Positions 43,039 to 55,827 of a stretch of 64,000 nt of DNA are shown here, in pieces (position 1 is the stretch's first letter; each line of letters begins with the position of its first letter). Under the pieces are notes generated by a model. It was not told the origin of the DNA and did not search any database. It was given only the letters and a program-made list of their open reading frames with translations. A program made the position numbers and the translations under genes. Source of the DNA: Octopus vulgaris (Eukaryota); contig OX597819.1 in NCBI GenBank assembly GCA_951406725.2, forward strand, positions 83,576,001 through 83,640,000. The letters run 5' to 3'.

Positions 43039-44472
43039 TCTGAAAAGTAAGTTTCTACCCTTCAGGCTGTCCAGGTGCTATGACAATGCAGTTTCCACAT
43101 TGAGGATTTTCAAATGACCAGAGCACTGCATTCAAAGATCTTTCTGCCTCTACTGCTCCCTGTGATATAGAAATTGCTGTCAAACTACTTAAAAACTGCA
43201 GCTTCTCTCAACAACTTCAGCTTCGATAAATAATATATCTACTTTCATTTTCATTTTTTCTTCTCCTTTTCTTGAAAATCTTTCCTATCTCTCTTCTTTC
43301 TTTTGCGCTCCCTTAATATAAAATAGGCCACTTGTGAGTTTGTATGTTTTACCAGAATGATCAAATAAAGAAACTGTAGTTAAATCAGACACACAGGCCT
43401 GTGCAAAGTTGTATAAGCTTTTGATACAATCTGATGATTAAAAAGAAATGGTGCTAGCCAGTGTTACTAGCAAGTGCCTTTTAATGTTGTTTTCTTGTTT
43501 GTTTTTATTTCATCATTTTCAAGCTTTCCAATATTGTTACTAATCATCGAAAGTGATATATTATTTACAAGTCATACTGACAAGATTGTGCTAGAAACCC
43601 CCCACTCCTTGTCACAATAAATACATTACATATTATACAATACGCACATGGGAACAAGAAAGACAGAATCGAGTCAGATAAATACAATCACATAATATCA
43701 ACCAGAAGAGCTTTATGCTCAATGATCTGCGGCAAAGATGGTTGACTTCGTTTGTTTTTTACAGTCTGAAGTTCGACAGGATAAAGTAATATCTATTTGA
43801 TAAGAGATAATTTTGGATGAGGCTTAGAAAGTAAATGCATAATAAATATCCCCCTAGGTGGAGAACTAATTGATACAATAGTACTTAGTTCTTAGTTTGA
43901 TAGCATGAAGTATTTGAAGATAAATTTCCCTTTGGATACAACACAAGTCTATCACAAATAACATTATCAGATGATTTGGTGCCTACTGCCATCAGATAGG
44001 TGAACTGTAGCAATGAACTGTAGCTCAAACAAAGAAAATGCCAAGAGTAGATTTAGAAATCATAACCGATCAAAATAAACGATTACAAGACTTTGAAAAA
44101 TTAATATTTTTCAATAGTTATCTTTAAGTATTTTTATAGTTATTGCTCCTTGACCACCAGTACTATCATCATTTTTATTTGACATTTGTTTTCTATGCAG
44201 GTATGGTTTGAACAGTTTATAGGATCCAAGGAGTTGAAGGACCATATCATGTGCCCATGTATACTTTGGCATGGTTTTAATGGGTGTGGTGTTTCTTTTT
44301 TTTTGTTTGTTTCTTTGTTTTGATTCTGGTCACCAACACTAATCAATTGCTTTACACCTTAAAAGATTAAGGGCTTAAAGACACCTCCTATATAGCAAGA
44401 GAATGGAAAAGACGGTGCAATAATTCTAGACAGTGTGATGAGAGAAGGTAAAGTATGATGAGAAGGTGGTAA

Positions 44473-44706
44473 GGCGGCGAGCTGGCAGAAACGTTAGCAC
44501 GCCGGGCGAAATGCTTAGCGGTATTTCGTCTGCCGTTACGTTCTGAGTTCAAATTCCGCCGAGGTCGACTTTGCTTTTCATCCTTTCGGGGTCGATAAAT
44601 TAAGTACCAGTTACGCACTGGGGTCGATGTAATCGACTTAATACCTATGTCTGTCCTTGTTTGTCCCCTCTGTGTTTAGCCCCTTGTGGGTAATAAAGAA
44701 ATAGGT
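44473..44706 (+). mobile_element. Young SINE family B
   Basis: Nearly identical to 60113-60346 and 63803-64000; CpG-rich. Confidence 0.9.
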
Positions 44707-47486
44707 AATGGAAAGAGTAGAAGAGTAGTCACTATTGGATGAGAGAGTATGGAAGGGACAAGGAAAAGAAGGGGATTAATGTCAGAGTTTAATGAGAAGG
44801 GAGGGGTAGAGTGATAAGGTGAGTTGTGTCGGGGATCCAGGGCTACACATTTAATAAGTATGGATGAGAAGGTATGAGGGAAAGCGGAATTTAGAATAAA
44901 CTTGTACGCTGTCAAATGCTACCTCACAAAAACATGCAATGTTCATCACTATTCAAGAGCAGACAACGCATTACACAGCTAAAAGCAGCTCACTCACTAA
45001 CGATGTTCCATTTTACATTCAACACAATCCACATGTATTTCCTAAAGATATAGCATACACCAGTGTACCATTCATATTTCAGATGGTGTTCACAGCACTA
45101 CATCTGTAAAAAAAATTTTTTTTTCTTTAAATTGCTTGAAAAGCAACTCTCAACCTATGATACACTGTTGAACTAGATAATTCTTGTCTGTTCTACTTTA
45201 CTACAATGTTTTTGTTCTTTGGACTAGCGAACTTTGTAACCACCTTATCTCCCACTCATTTCTCCTCTTGATGAATTTCTTCCCATTCGTAATCTCCAAG
45301 ACCATAATAAATAAAATTGCATTTCGTTTTACTGAACCTCCCTTTCCATGTTGACCCTACATCCCACCTAATTTTGGAGGATAGCACTGCCTTTGTTATT
45401 ACGTTGCATCATACCATATTTTCACTGATTCTTATGTCATTTACTAAATACAGACTTTCAAATTATAATTTATGGAGAATTTGTTTTAGAAATATGGACG
45501 AATGACAATATAACTGTCTTTGAAGAAAATTTGTTTTCCTACGGAATATGATACATGAGGTCATCAAAATAAGTGAATCGAGGTAAAAGATGGTAAACGT
45601 TTGTGATTCATCGCAGATAAATATGTATGTGAAAAGATATTCTCTGGGAGTATGAAATTGAAATTGGAATAAATATTGATACAAATGCAGGTGAATTTTC
45701 TTTCTTCTCATTTTGAAATGCCCATGTAATGAAAAAAAAAAAGTGAGGTAAATAAAGAAGCGCTCTTAAAAATTACATGCACTTGTTCCTCAAACTAACG
45801 GCTACAACACACAAATATGCGTCCACAGGTAAAATAATTTTATAGTTTGTCGCTTTAAAATATTATTTCTGTATCAACGTATATAAATCATTGACTTTAG
45901 TTTATTATGTCTGGCATGAGGAAAGACTATGTGAAATGTCGATTTACTAAGTCGGCTTTTGAGTTTAAATATCTTATTGAGTGATTTCACACGGCGTTAG
46001 AAGTGGAGTCTTATCCAGAAATTCATGAAAAACGTGAAGTGCTAAATTACTAATGACGTCGAAAGAGTAACCCTCTTAAGAAAGTTATGCTATAATCAGC
46101 GCTGCTTCAGTGATTCAGACATTACATAAAAATCATCTCTATTAAACTATGAAAAAATTACCGTAGAACTTAAGTTTGGATCCCGAAGTACACACATCCG
46201 GAGAATTAAGAAATATGCTTTACATTAGGACGTTACTAGCAATATTTGGTTTAAGAATTATTCTTTATTTTTAGTTACGATAAACTCGATAGTTTTATTT
46301 ATTTGTGATCGGGATATTTATTCACTAACATGAAGGTGCATTTTCTTATTTCTTAAACAAAAACGTCGTTTATGTGTTTCAGAATGTTGTGCAATTAACT
46401 TTTACGCAATACTAAAGCTGTAGGTTCACTATATCTCCTGTTATATTTTTCTTATTATTATTACATTTATGTTGTGACTTTTTTTCTTTACTCATAGTGG
46501 AAAATAGTATAATTAATATAGACTCCTTATAGTTAGAGTTGTGTTTATTATAGCTTTTTGTTTCATTAATTCTCCCGTGAGGATATTGTTCAGTTTAAAG
46601 AGGTGAACGATTTGCGAGGTGTGTGTGTAAATATACATACATGTGTGTGCGTGTGAGTGTATAAATATTTAATCCATAATAATGCATAAACGAATGTGTA
46701 TATATTTATGTATGATTTCATGTCATTGGGGGAAAATTTCGTCATGGAAAAAACGTTTCTTAATTAGTATTCAGATATATATACTTCACTCCCAGCGCTT
46801 GTTTCGGTACAGTGGGTGTATCACATAAAGTCCTGTTAATTACAAACACGTAGATCATTGCAGTAACAAACATCAACCACAATCATTACTGAAATACTTA
46901 AAACCATCGTTTATATCATTCGAGTACAGCCCTATATGGTCTGAGTTCAATTCTCGCCGATGTCAGCTTTGACTCTCATCATTCCAGAGTTGATAAAATA
47001 AAGTACCAATCAAGTATTTGGGACGATTTATATATCTATAATGCATCCTAGATCGGAGCGGCCTAATACTAAATACTCAGGCTATTACTGCTATATAAAT
47101 TACAAAATCTAACTATACAACTAGTCCTGTTGTATACAACCACAACTACTGCTATCGTTTAGTTTTAGCTCTACGTTACTATCACTATAGTCTACTCTAA
47201 TTTAAACTTTCCAACCAACACTGAATTAATGATAGTAGTAATGTAGAAATAAATAAATAAACAAATAAGATCAATCGACAACGGCATCACTTGCTAACTC
47301 TGAAAAGCGGTTCAGCATCAAAGAATAACTGACTTGGCTGCTAAACCGTACGAGTAGACAGGTCGCCGACAACTTGAAAGAGAATTTGTGTTATATGAAC
47401 CACATAAAAGACTGGGAAAATAAAGTGTGCGAGTTGCTAATTTGGTGCAGTTATAATGTTTTACTGAACAGCTCTGTGGGCGTTGA

Positions 47487-47520
47487 TATATAAAACTTTC
47501 TAAGATCTTGTCAGTCAGAA
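47487..47520 (+). promoter_or_regulatory. Candidate TATA box and Inr
   Basis: TATATAAAA at 47487; TCAGTC at 47511. Confidence 0.35.
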
Positions 47521-47879
47521 TCTTTACTTATTATTGACATATTTTAGACAATGTGTGAAAGTTTTGATAAGGTGCGAGTTGATATCGATTTGTGGGGAGG
47601 GGGGGAATTTTTAGGCTTAAAGGAATGAGGAAAGTGTGATGTTTATGTATTGTTAGATTCGTTTGTTTTTCTGTTTTGTTATATTTTTTTTCATTAAGTG
47701 CGAAGGAGTATAGTAGACAAAATCTAGATTGTATATTGGTGTTATTTATTTTTTATCGACTACGGACTTATAATACCAAATTCTGGCCTGGTTTTATCAT
47801 AGCATGTAGAGCATTTAGTGCTTCGTTGCGCTACTTTCACTCAGCTCTTCTATATTGTAAACAGTTTTATAAAAGAAAA

Positions 47880-47949
47880 ATGAGAGTAGTCCTTGCGTTT
47901 ACTAGTTTATTTTTACTTTGTTTATTAACAGTTAATATCACTTCGCTTG
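47880..47949 (+). CDS. Candidate signal-peptide exon of an unidentified downstream gene
   Basis: Acceptor at 47864; aaaaATG; MRVVLAFTSLFLLCLLTVNITSL; weak GT donors at 47950 and 47957. Confidence 0.35.
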
Positions 47950-48033
47950 GTGACTGGTGAAGATTTGAAATTTTTTTCGTATTTTTCGGATTGTATTTAA
48001 GTTAGGTTGTTGTTGATTTTGTATTGTAGGATT

Positions 48034-48423
48034 GGATCTTTTCGGTTAGACCGGCAGTTTTTTAAAATAATTTCCACGTAACTAAACACTTTTAAACTTC
48101 GTATATCTTTTTCTCTTGGCTTTATTGAGAAAATTCTATAGTTTGTAAGATATTTGTTGTTTTTTCTTCAATTTCTGCAATTTCAACCAATCAATGGCGT
48201 CTATTGAGGTGAAAGCATTCTGTGCTGTATGAATATGTCTCGTTTAAGAAACAGATTGGGTTTATTTACATTTCTGAAGAAAAAAAGATACTCTTCCCCC
48301 CACCCCTAACCCTAACCCTAAAACAGATTGAAATGCAATAGATCGATACTAGGGTCATAATTATGGGTGACAATTTCATATGACACCGCTAGAAAAAAAC
48401 TGCCGTTCAAACCGAAAAGATCT
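48034..48423. mobile_element. GGATC-ended MITE with 8-bp TSD GTAGGATT
   Basis: TIRs, TSD and CCCTAACCCTAACCCTAA. Confidence 0.9.
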
Positions 48424-48499
48424 GTAGGATTAATTTCAGTAAACCGTTTAGTCTTTTATGTCACTCACCAGTGGGCTCCTTACCCTGGAAAGGCTTGGT

Positions 48500-49560
48500 A
48501 AAAGAAAATGTTGCCCCCAACATTAGCTAAGTTTTCGACCGTGTCTAGCAAGTAAACTATTGTAACTGTTCACCTTTGAGTTTCATCTGGTTCCCATCTC
48601 TTTAATCGTTAGCTTCCTATCAAATCGTTCTGTTGAAACGTGTGAGGTGCGTATTGGCGGAGCTCTTTCTGATCCTCATTTTATCAACTCTGACGTGTCC
48701 TCAGGTTCGTTTTATCCCCCCTATATCTTCCTTCTATACACCAATGACCAATTACTGTCACGTCCAATAACACCCACTCTTACGCAGACAATATTACTCT
48801 TGATTCTTCCATAACCTTCCACAACCACGCATCATTCATTCGCATCCAAGACGCTACTAACCAAACTCGCAGTGACTCCATGAATAAAGAGTTCAGAAGC
48901 AACCTCTAATTGAGATGTCTTTTTCAACTGCAAGGAAACACGAATGTTACTCATCAAGAAAACCTCATTATACTACTTTCTCTTAATCACGTTTAGAAGA
49001 CGACAAGAGCTCTCATGATCGCTCTAAATGTTGGGTCTCACTAACACTGAGTATTACTCTTGGTGAAAGTGAATCCTTGGCATAGCTAAGACTGCCTCCC
49101 AACGACTGATCTTTTTCTTTCGGTCCAACAGCTATTGATATTCTAAAATGCCCAAATGATCACATCTGGGATGAGGCTGCTACTGCGAACATAAACATCC
49201 TAAATTGCAGCCAGAAAAAGAACCACTTGATTGATTGGCATAAAATCACTCTGACATGCTCCAGACTTTTCCCCACTAGCACGCTGTTTGTTTCCCCTCT
49301 GCTTTTTCTAACGTTACCATAATGGCATCTGCCTCTCGGAGATGGTCGGGTTCATGCTACGTCCACCCAGGCATTCCTGACTCAGCCATCTCTCTTCTCA
49401 TCAACTTTGTTTTGGTTAGCCATTAGGTCCAGCACTAATCCTTTATAATCCTTCCAGCACAAAATGTCGGCACTCTGGAATTCCCTCCCTCGTCATATCT
49501 TTCCTACAGGTGTTCACTTGCAATGGTTCGAAAGCAACATTAATGACATCAGTCTCACCG
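48500..49560 (+). pseudogene. Degraded CR1/L2-group LINE RT region
   Basis: SFLSNRS, INSDVSSGS (cf. GVPQGS), YADNITL. Confidence 0.6.
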
Positions 49561-50194
49561 GTCTCAGAGGGTCTGTTGAAGGCCATGAACCTTGACGCTT
49601 CCTCTAGACATAGCAAGTAAAAATAAGAGTTAACCATTTAATCATTCAACTCTCCGGCGGCGGTGGTGGTGGTGGTGGTGGAATGATTGTATCAAATCCT
49701 TTAGAATTTGTATTCATTTTTGTGTTTTGTTTGAAAACGAGCATAATATTGGCCAATGTCACAATTAACCATTCTCACTTCCGTAAAAACATCTTGAGCT
49801 GGGACTCTCCACCAGTAAAAAAAATTATTTTCGCTGTGGTTTTCCCACAACTTCTGTGGTATAGTTAGACTTTATCTTTTCAGTTTGACTATGACCTAGT
49901 TTTCACTTATCTCTGCTGATCGCTAGTATTACTGCGGTGACTGTTTACTTGCTACACGTAAAGCCAATATTTTTTTTTTAATCTCTGCCGGCCGTCATAT
50001 AAAATTATACTAGTCGTTAATAAACAAATAAGTAGAGCACTAACTTCAAGGATCGTCAAATAGTGACTCGTAGTAAAAACAATCGAGCACTCATTGCACA
50101 ACACAACGAAAGCAAGAAGAAAAGTCACCAGGAAAAAAAATCTCAAAAAAGTTACATGATGAAATGTCTGAGGAAACTTTCAATAAATGATTTG

Positions 50195-51000
50195 AGGACA
50201 ATGTTTCGTTTTGTGATCCAGAAAGTGAAACTACTGAAGTCGGTAGAGATCGTTATTTGCCGGAAACTCGACTTGATAAGTGAAAGAATTACTTTCTAAA
50301 ACAAGCTGAAATAAAAGTGATATAAACATGATGTAACGAAATCATAATTGTAAAATCCGATTTTTTGTAAATTGCTTTATAATTTGTTTAGTTATAGATT
50401 AATATATAAGTAAACAAATACGCTGTCGAAGGCATTTAACAAATTGTGTAAATCGTTTTCGCTAATCTGTGCAGGATGATCCATATACCACATAACACAT
50501 ACATCTCCATTATAGTTTTTCCCAGTTAACTATTGCTCCTATACCGACACCAACCGGCTCCATTGCTAAAACACTGTAGCCAACTGCTGCCCACCAACCA
50601 ATATAAAAGCACGACAAGGTGACACAATGAGATATGGTATCCAGAGAATCCTGTCGAATACTTTGATGCTGCCCGCATCCACAACACCTCCAAGTCTATT
50701 CCATCTGAGCATGTGTGGCGAAACACCAAACACATTGGTTCATTCCAATATATCGCTGAATTATTATGAATTTGTCCCAACGATGCAAGAAAGTTAATTA
50801 TACTTACAGTAGTTCATTGTATTAATACAAATATCCATTACGACATATTTTTTTCCCACTCAGTTAAAAAAAAAATCCAATTTCTTTCCAATGCCAAGTT
50901 TAGTTGAAAACCACCGAGCATTATTTTAATTTCATTATCTTAACCCGATTTTTTCCGACTTCAATAGTTTCACTTTCTAGATCACAAAACGAAACATCGC
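50195..51000. mobile_element. Inverted-repeat-bounded relic, possibly Tc1-derived
   Basis: 50200-50255 is inverted at 50945-50998; internal IPSEHVW-like motif. Confidence 0.45.
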
Positions 51001-51085
51001 CTACTTAATTTTTGTTTTCCGATTCATTGTTTTAAGTTATTAAATAAAAATATTGTCTAAAACGTGATTTTTTTTACATGTGTAA

Positions 51086-52463
51086 TCTAGTATATATAAA
51101 TCGCAGTATGTGTGCGTATAATGACTAACGCATACATTTCCACAATTCTCAACTGATTTTCACCAAACTTTACGCACTCATTACTTATGTCTCAAGGATG
51201 GTCATGCACTTTAACATTTTGCCCAGAGCTCCCGCATAGATAGACGTAAGTGGACAAAGTGTTTTTTTGTATGTTGAGTTTTCCATACTTTTTTAATCCT
51301 TTTATAAAAGTGAAAGAATTTTGTCTGTTTATTTATTGCCACTGTTCCACAGTATATGTGTGTATAATGACTGACGCATACATTTCCACAATTCTCAACC
51401 GATTTTCACCAAACTTTACACATACATTACTTATGTCCCAAGGATGGTCATGCACTATAACATTTTGCTCAGAGCTCCCGCATAATTGGACGTAAATTGG
51501 CATTGTTTTTCTTTTTTGTCTGTAGGTCTTCCATACATTTTAAATCTTCTTTTTTTTTATAAGTGAAAGGATTTTGTCTTATTTATTTCCGGCGTCCACC
51601 TACGACGGTGATTCAGTTGACTAGGAATACTGTACGCGATGAATATCCAATACCAAACTATCTTAATCTACATATTTAAACTGCATTAAACTTTGGCAAG
51701 ATTACCTTTACCTATTCTGTGTTACTTGAAATGTGATGTTCCCTTCCTTCTCTTCTATTTGTTGATACATTTATTTACCTTTGATACCGTTGTTTCACCT
51801 TACGGATCCTTATTTACCAATCCATTTTGATATTTCAACTGTTGTCCATTGTTTCAAATACGTTTTAGCATTGTCGTTCTAGCCCTTTTTAAACAATTAC
51901 ATATAATTCGCTTCAAAGAATCATCCTTTAAATAAGAGTTTTGCTTCCACTAGCGAAAGCTATATGTATCTTTCAGAAAGCTCCATACCAATTTAACTTT
52001 ATGCGGCATTCGCTGTTAGTTTATGCGCAGGCTATGTGTGAAGACAGAATAAAGAGGCTTTTGTTAGCTTATCTCTCCGAAAAAATAGCTCCCTTTGTTG
52101 TTGAATAAAAAAACTCGCAGAGGGGAAGTTTCAACGTCTTCCTTCAATTTCCTTACACCATTTATGTGGCTGTTTCTGACAAGAAATTTCGCTTTCATGT
52201 AAATCAACTATATTTTGTAGTCATCCGTAATCTACTCCCAAAACACTTCAGTAGCTCTACTTTGCATCCTTTGCAAACTTATATGTTCTATGATCATTAA
52301 AGTGCAACGATAACCAACCTTCAGTTTACTTTTCCGTTCCTAGGTTAGTCGGAAACATAGACTGCTGTGCTACTCATAAACCTTCTACGTAGTTCAATTA
52401 TTTCCAAAAAAAAAATACCACCAAAGCAGCTTAAACCGTCCAAAGGTCGGGTGCGTTTGCTAG
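51086..52463 (+). mobile_element. Non-autonomous Helitron with ~245-bp tandem duplication at its 5' end
   Basis: A|TC start, ccgtccaaaggtcgg hairpin, CTAG|T end. Confidence 0.65.
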
Positions 52464-53811
52464 TACTGTAATATAACCTGCACTGTCACTGTGTATAAAT
52501 CATTTTACTGTTAGTTAATAAGTTACTTAAAATATCTAATAACTTTAAATGTTATTTCTTGTATTTGCGAGCAGTAGATGGGCAGAGTGGTTAAAGCCTC
52601 GAAAAGAATGACCGCAAGTCATTCTTTTAGAGGCTTTAGCCACCCTGCCATCTCTTTACATTTTGAGTTCAAATCTTGCCGCCATCAACTTTACCTATCA
52701 TCCTTCAACGGTCAATAAAATAAAGTACTAATCTCGTACTGAGTATCAATTTTATCGATTAACACATTGCCGCCAAATTTCAGGTCCTCTCCCTATACTA
52801 AAAAAAAATTACTTATGACATTTAAATGAGATGTTACTCTTTTCTGGTGACTTTTATTTTGTAATCGTATTGAAACGTTTTTTTGTTTTGTTTTTGTTTC
52901 TTTGTTTTGTTTTTTTGTTTGTTTGTTTTTTGTCTATATTTCCGTTTTCCGACACAAGTATTTAAAGATGCAGATAGACAATTATCCAATTTCCTTGATT
53001 ATAAAAGTATTTCCTGTACGAAATACCTCAACACGTCCCGCTAAGAACGCACATTCTCCAGAAATGGAACCATTAAAACATTTTGTTACGGAATTGTAAG
53101 TTTTAAAGTATAACACACTACGTTTGCCAAGAAGAATAACCGACAAAATTGTAATCCACGTATTACGAATAATAGAGTTCAAACCATTACATCCCGTATA
53201 AATGTTTAATTAGTAACACCCGTCTGAGAATATATTAGGGAGATGGTATTCTCCACATAGCAAGAGCTAAATTTCCTGGATCTTGTTAAATGTCTTCCAG
53301 TTACTTGAAGTACCTCAAATAGTGGCTCGAAGAAATTTAACAAACATCAACTCAACCGCAATCATTATTGAAATACTTAAACCATCATTGATATCATTTA
53401 GGCACAGCCCTTTAGAATCTTGTTAAATTTTCGAAACTACATCAGTGTAGAAAACGTTGAAAAAATTTGGTGAAAATTTGAAATGCTTCAAGTGGTTGCT
53501 AGAAATTTAACAAGATACGGTTTTCCTTTTCAATGCCAGAAAACATTTCTATCTTCAACAGCTGTTTACATATTTCAGTGCCCTTGTACACAGAATCTTG
53601 GATTGTACATCCAATACATACGCTATAACATTTGTATATGTCTCTGTGATAGGCAAGTTAATACAGGAAAAGTCACAGAAATCTTCAATAAATATTCTGA
53701 CTTAACTTTCGTTTTGTTTAAAGATATTGAGCAAAAAGTGATTATTTTATTTTACACATATGTAATCTCATACCAATTATGTGGTCATTAAGTACAAGTA
53801 TCTTTACCGTT

Positions 53812-54170
53812 TGTTTGTTTCAGTCATTGGACTGCGGCCATGCTGAGGCACCACCTTGATGCGTTTTAATCGAACAATCGACCTCAGTACGTTTTCTGTG
53901 CTGTCTTACTGTTTTTTTTTTAAAGTATGGTACTTATGCTATGGGTCTCTTTGTCTGAACTGCTCAGTTACGGGGATGTAAACAAACCAACACTGGCTCT
54001 CATGCGAGACACAAAGACACATACATACATGTATCCACACAGATAACCAACGGATTCTTTCAGTTTCCGTTTACCTATACCACTCACAAGACTTTGATTG
54101 GCTCGGGGCTATAGTAAAAGACACTTGTCCAAGTTGCCATGCCGTAGAACGGGACCTGAAGCCACGTGGT
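53812..54170 (-). mobile_element. SINE family A
   Basis: Family match. Confidence 0.75.
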
Positions 54171-54926
54171 TATCTTCCGCTGGCGATATAAGCACGAGTG
54201 CTTATATGCACCACAAGTCCCATATTAGAGGTTCTCTCACAGTAACTATTATAGTGTTCTGTGTTCTAACACAACACTCACTTTTAAATGGATATATATA
54301 TATAAATGAACAGTGTTTTTCTCTAGTCAAAGGTATTTTACATTTAATGAAGGATAGGCCAATTTGGCTACTGCACAGTGAGACCAAAATCCATACTACA
54401 CGGCTGCATAGAGTGCTTGCAACAGTAAAATTCTGGATAAACTAATAGGCTGAAACGAGAGTTCGGTCTGATTTTTGAACTGCAGATATTAAACAGGATT
54501 TATTAAAAGTATTTACTTGTTTTAATACCCCACTCCTCCTCCGATATTGCACACCCTATCCCGCCTACGATAAGCTATCGCGTGTCTGCGTGCTTGGTGC
54601 TGTCACGGACAGAGGCATAAGATATCTGAAGTAGTGGGTCTCTAGATTGCCTCCGTGTCGTTAGACTAATTATCTTTGTGGCAGAGAAGGCTGATCATTT
54701 CTCGAACAGGGCTGGTGAGATCTCGCAGCAATAATAAAATCAGATGAGTGAATTTTCTAAGTGTTCTATTATAATTCTTTTGATATCTAAGGGACATTAT
54801 TGGAACATGAATCACCATCAGTACTTGGCTGGTACTTTAAGTTATCGACCTCGAAAAGCTAAAAGACAAATTTCGGCTTGAACTTAGACTATAATGGTCA
54901 TATTAAATTCTGCAAAGTATTTTGTC

Positions 54927-55076
54927 CTTAGCGGTTCGGCAAAAGAGACCGATAGAATAAGTACTGGGCTTACAAAGAATAAGTCCCGGGGTCGATTTGC
55001 TCGACTAAAGGCGGTGCTCCAGCATGGCCGCAGTCAAATGACTGAAACAAGTAAAAGAGTAAAAGAGTAAAGAGTA
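54927..55076 (+). mobile_element. SINE family A 3' part with (GTAAAAGA)n tail
   Basis: Nearly identical to 59500-59642. Confidence 0.85.
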
Positions 55077-55150
55077 ATGCATCACTTGCAAACTCATATG
55101 TTCTATGATCATTAAAGTGCAACGATAACCAATTTTCGTTTCATCTAAAT

Positions 55151-55500
55151 CAGGGTTTCACAACCATTTTTTTACCTATGGGCCCCATTGATTAGCATTT
55201 TATTCTAGTGGACCCCTATAGTCATTCTATGTTTAAATAGTAGTTTTATAGAAACTTCTTTCAAAATTCCTATTTTGTTTTTCAGACATTAACTTGTTTA
55301 GGTTGAAATATGAAAAATGTTAGTGAAAAAAAACCTAGCTGTTTCTTGCAATACATACCAATACATACATCTAATGTAAAATTCTTCAGGAGCCCTTAAA
55401 ATACGATTTTGGATCCCCAAGTTACTATCTTGTCGCGTGAACCCACAAACATTTTATATAGACCCTCAAGGGCCATATGAACTCCGGTTGAGAACAACTG
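55151..55500. mobile_element. hAT MITE with perfect 8-bp TSD ATCTAAAT
   Basis: CAGGGTTTCACAACC / GGTTGAGAACAACTG. Confidence 0.85.
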
Positions 55501-55785
55501 ATCTAAATGATTTCATAACTGTGATTTTTAAAGACAACTAGGCGTTTACCTGAATTCAGTGTCAGAAACGTGAACGTAGTTGGTCTGCGCGCGCGCACAC
55601 ACACACACACATGTGTGTGTGTTTTATATTCTATAATGAACGGGAAGGAAAATATGCAATATATATTTTGGAGGGTACTCAGCTAACGACTTTTGTATCA
55701 CTCCGAGTTTCCCTGAATCCATGGAAACTCCAAGAAGCAACGGAGCGACGCAAAAAGGCATCCGTTGAATACCTTTAATACATGC

Positions 55786-55819
<34 letters not shown>

Positions 55820-55827
<8 letters not shown>

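Noticed and set aside
48296-48322. Interstitial telomere or chromosome fusion scar
   Set aside because: Only three units, and they are part of the MITE consensus.
49952-50146. Minus-strand signal-peptide-like ORF
   Set aside because: Non-ATG start; hydrophobicity comes from T-runs; adjacent to a transposon relic.
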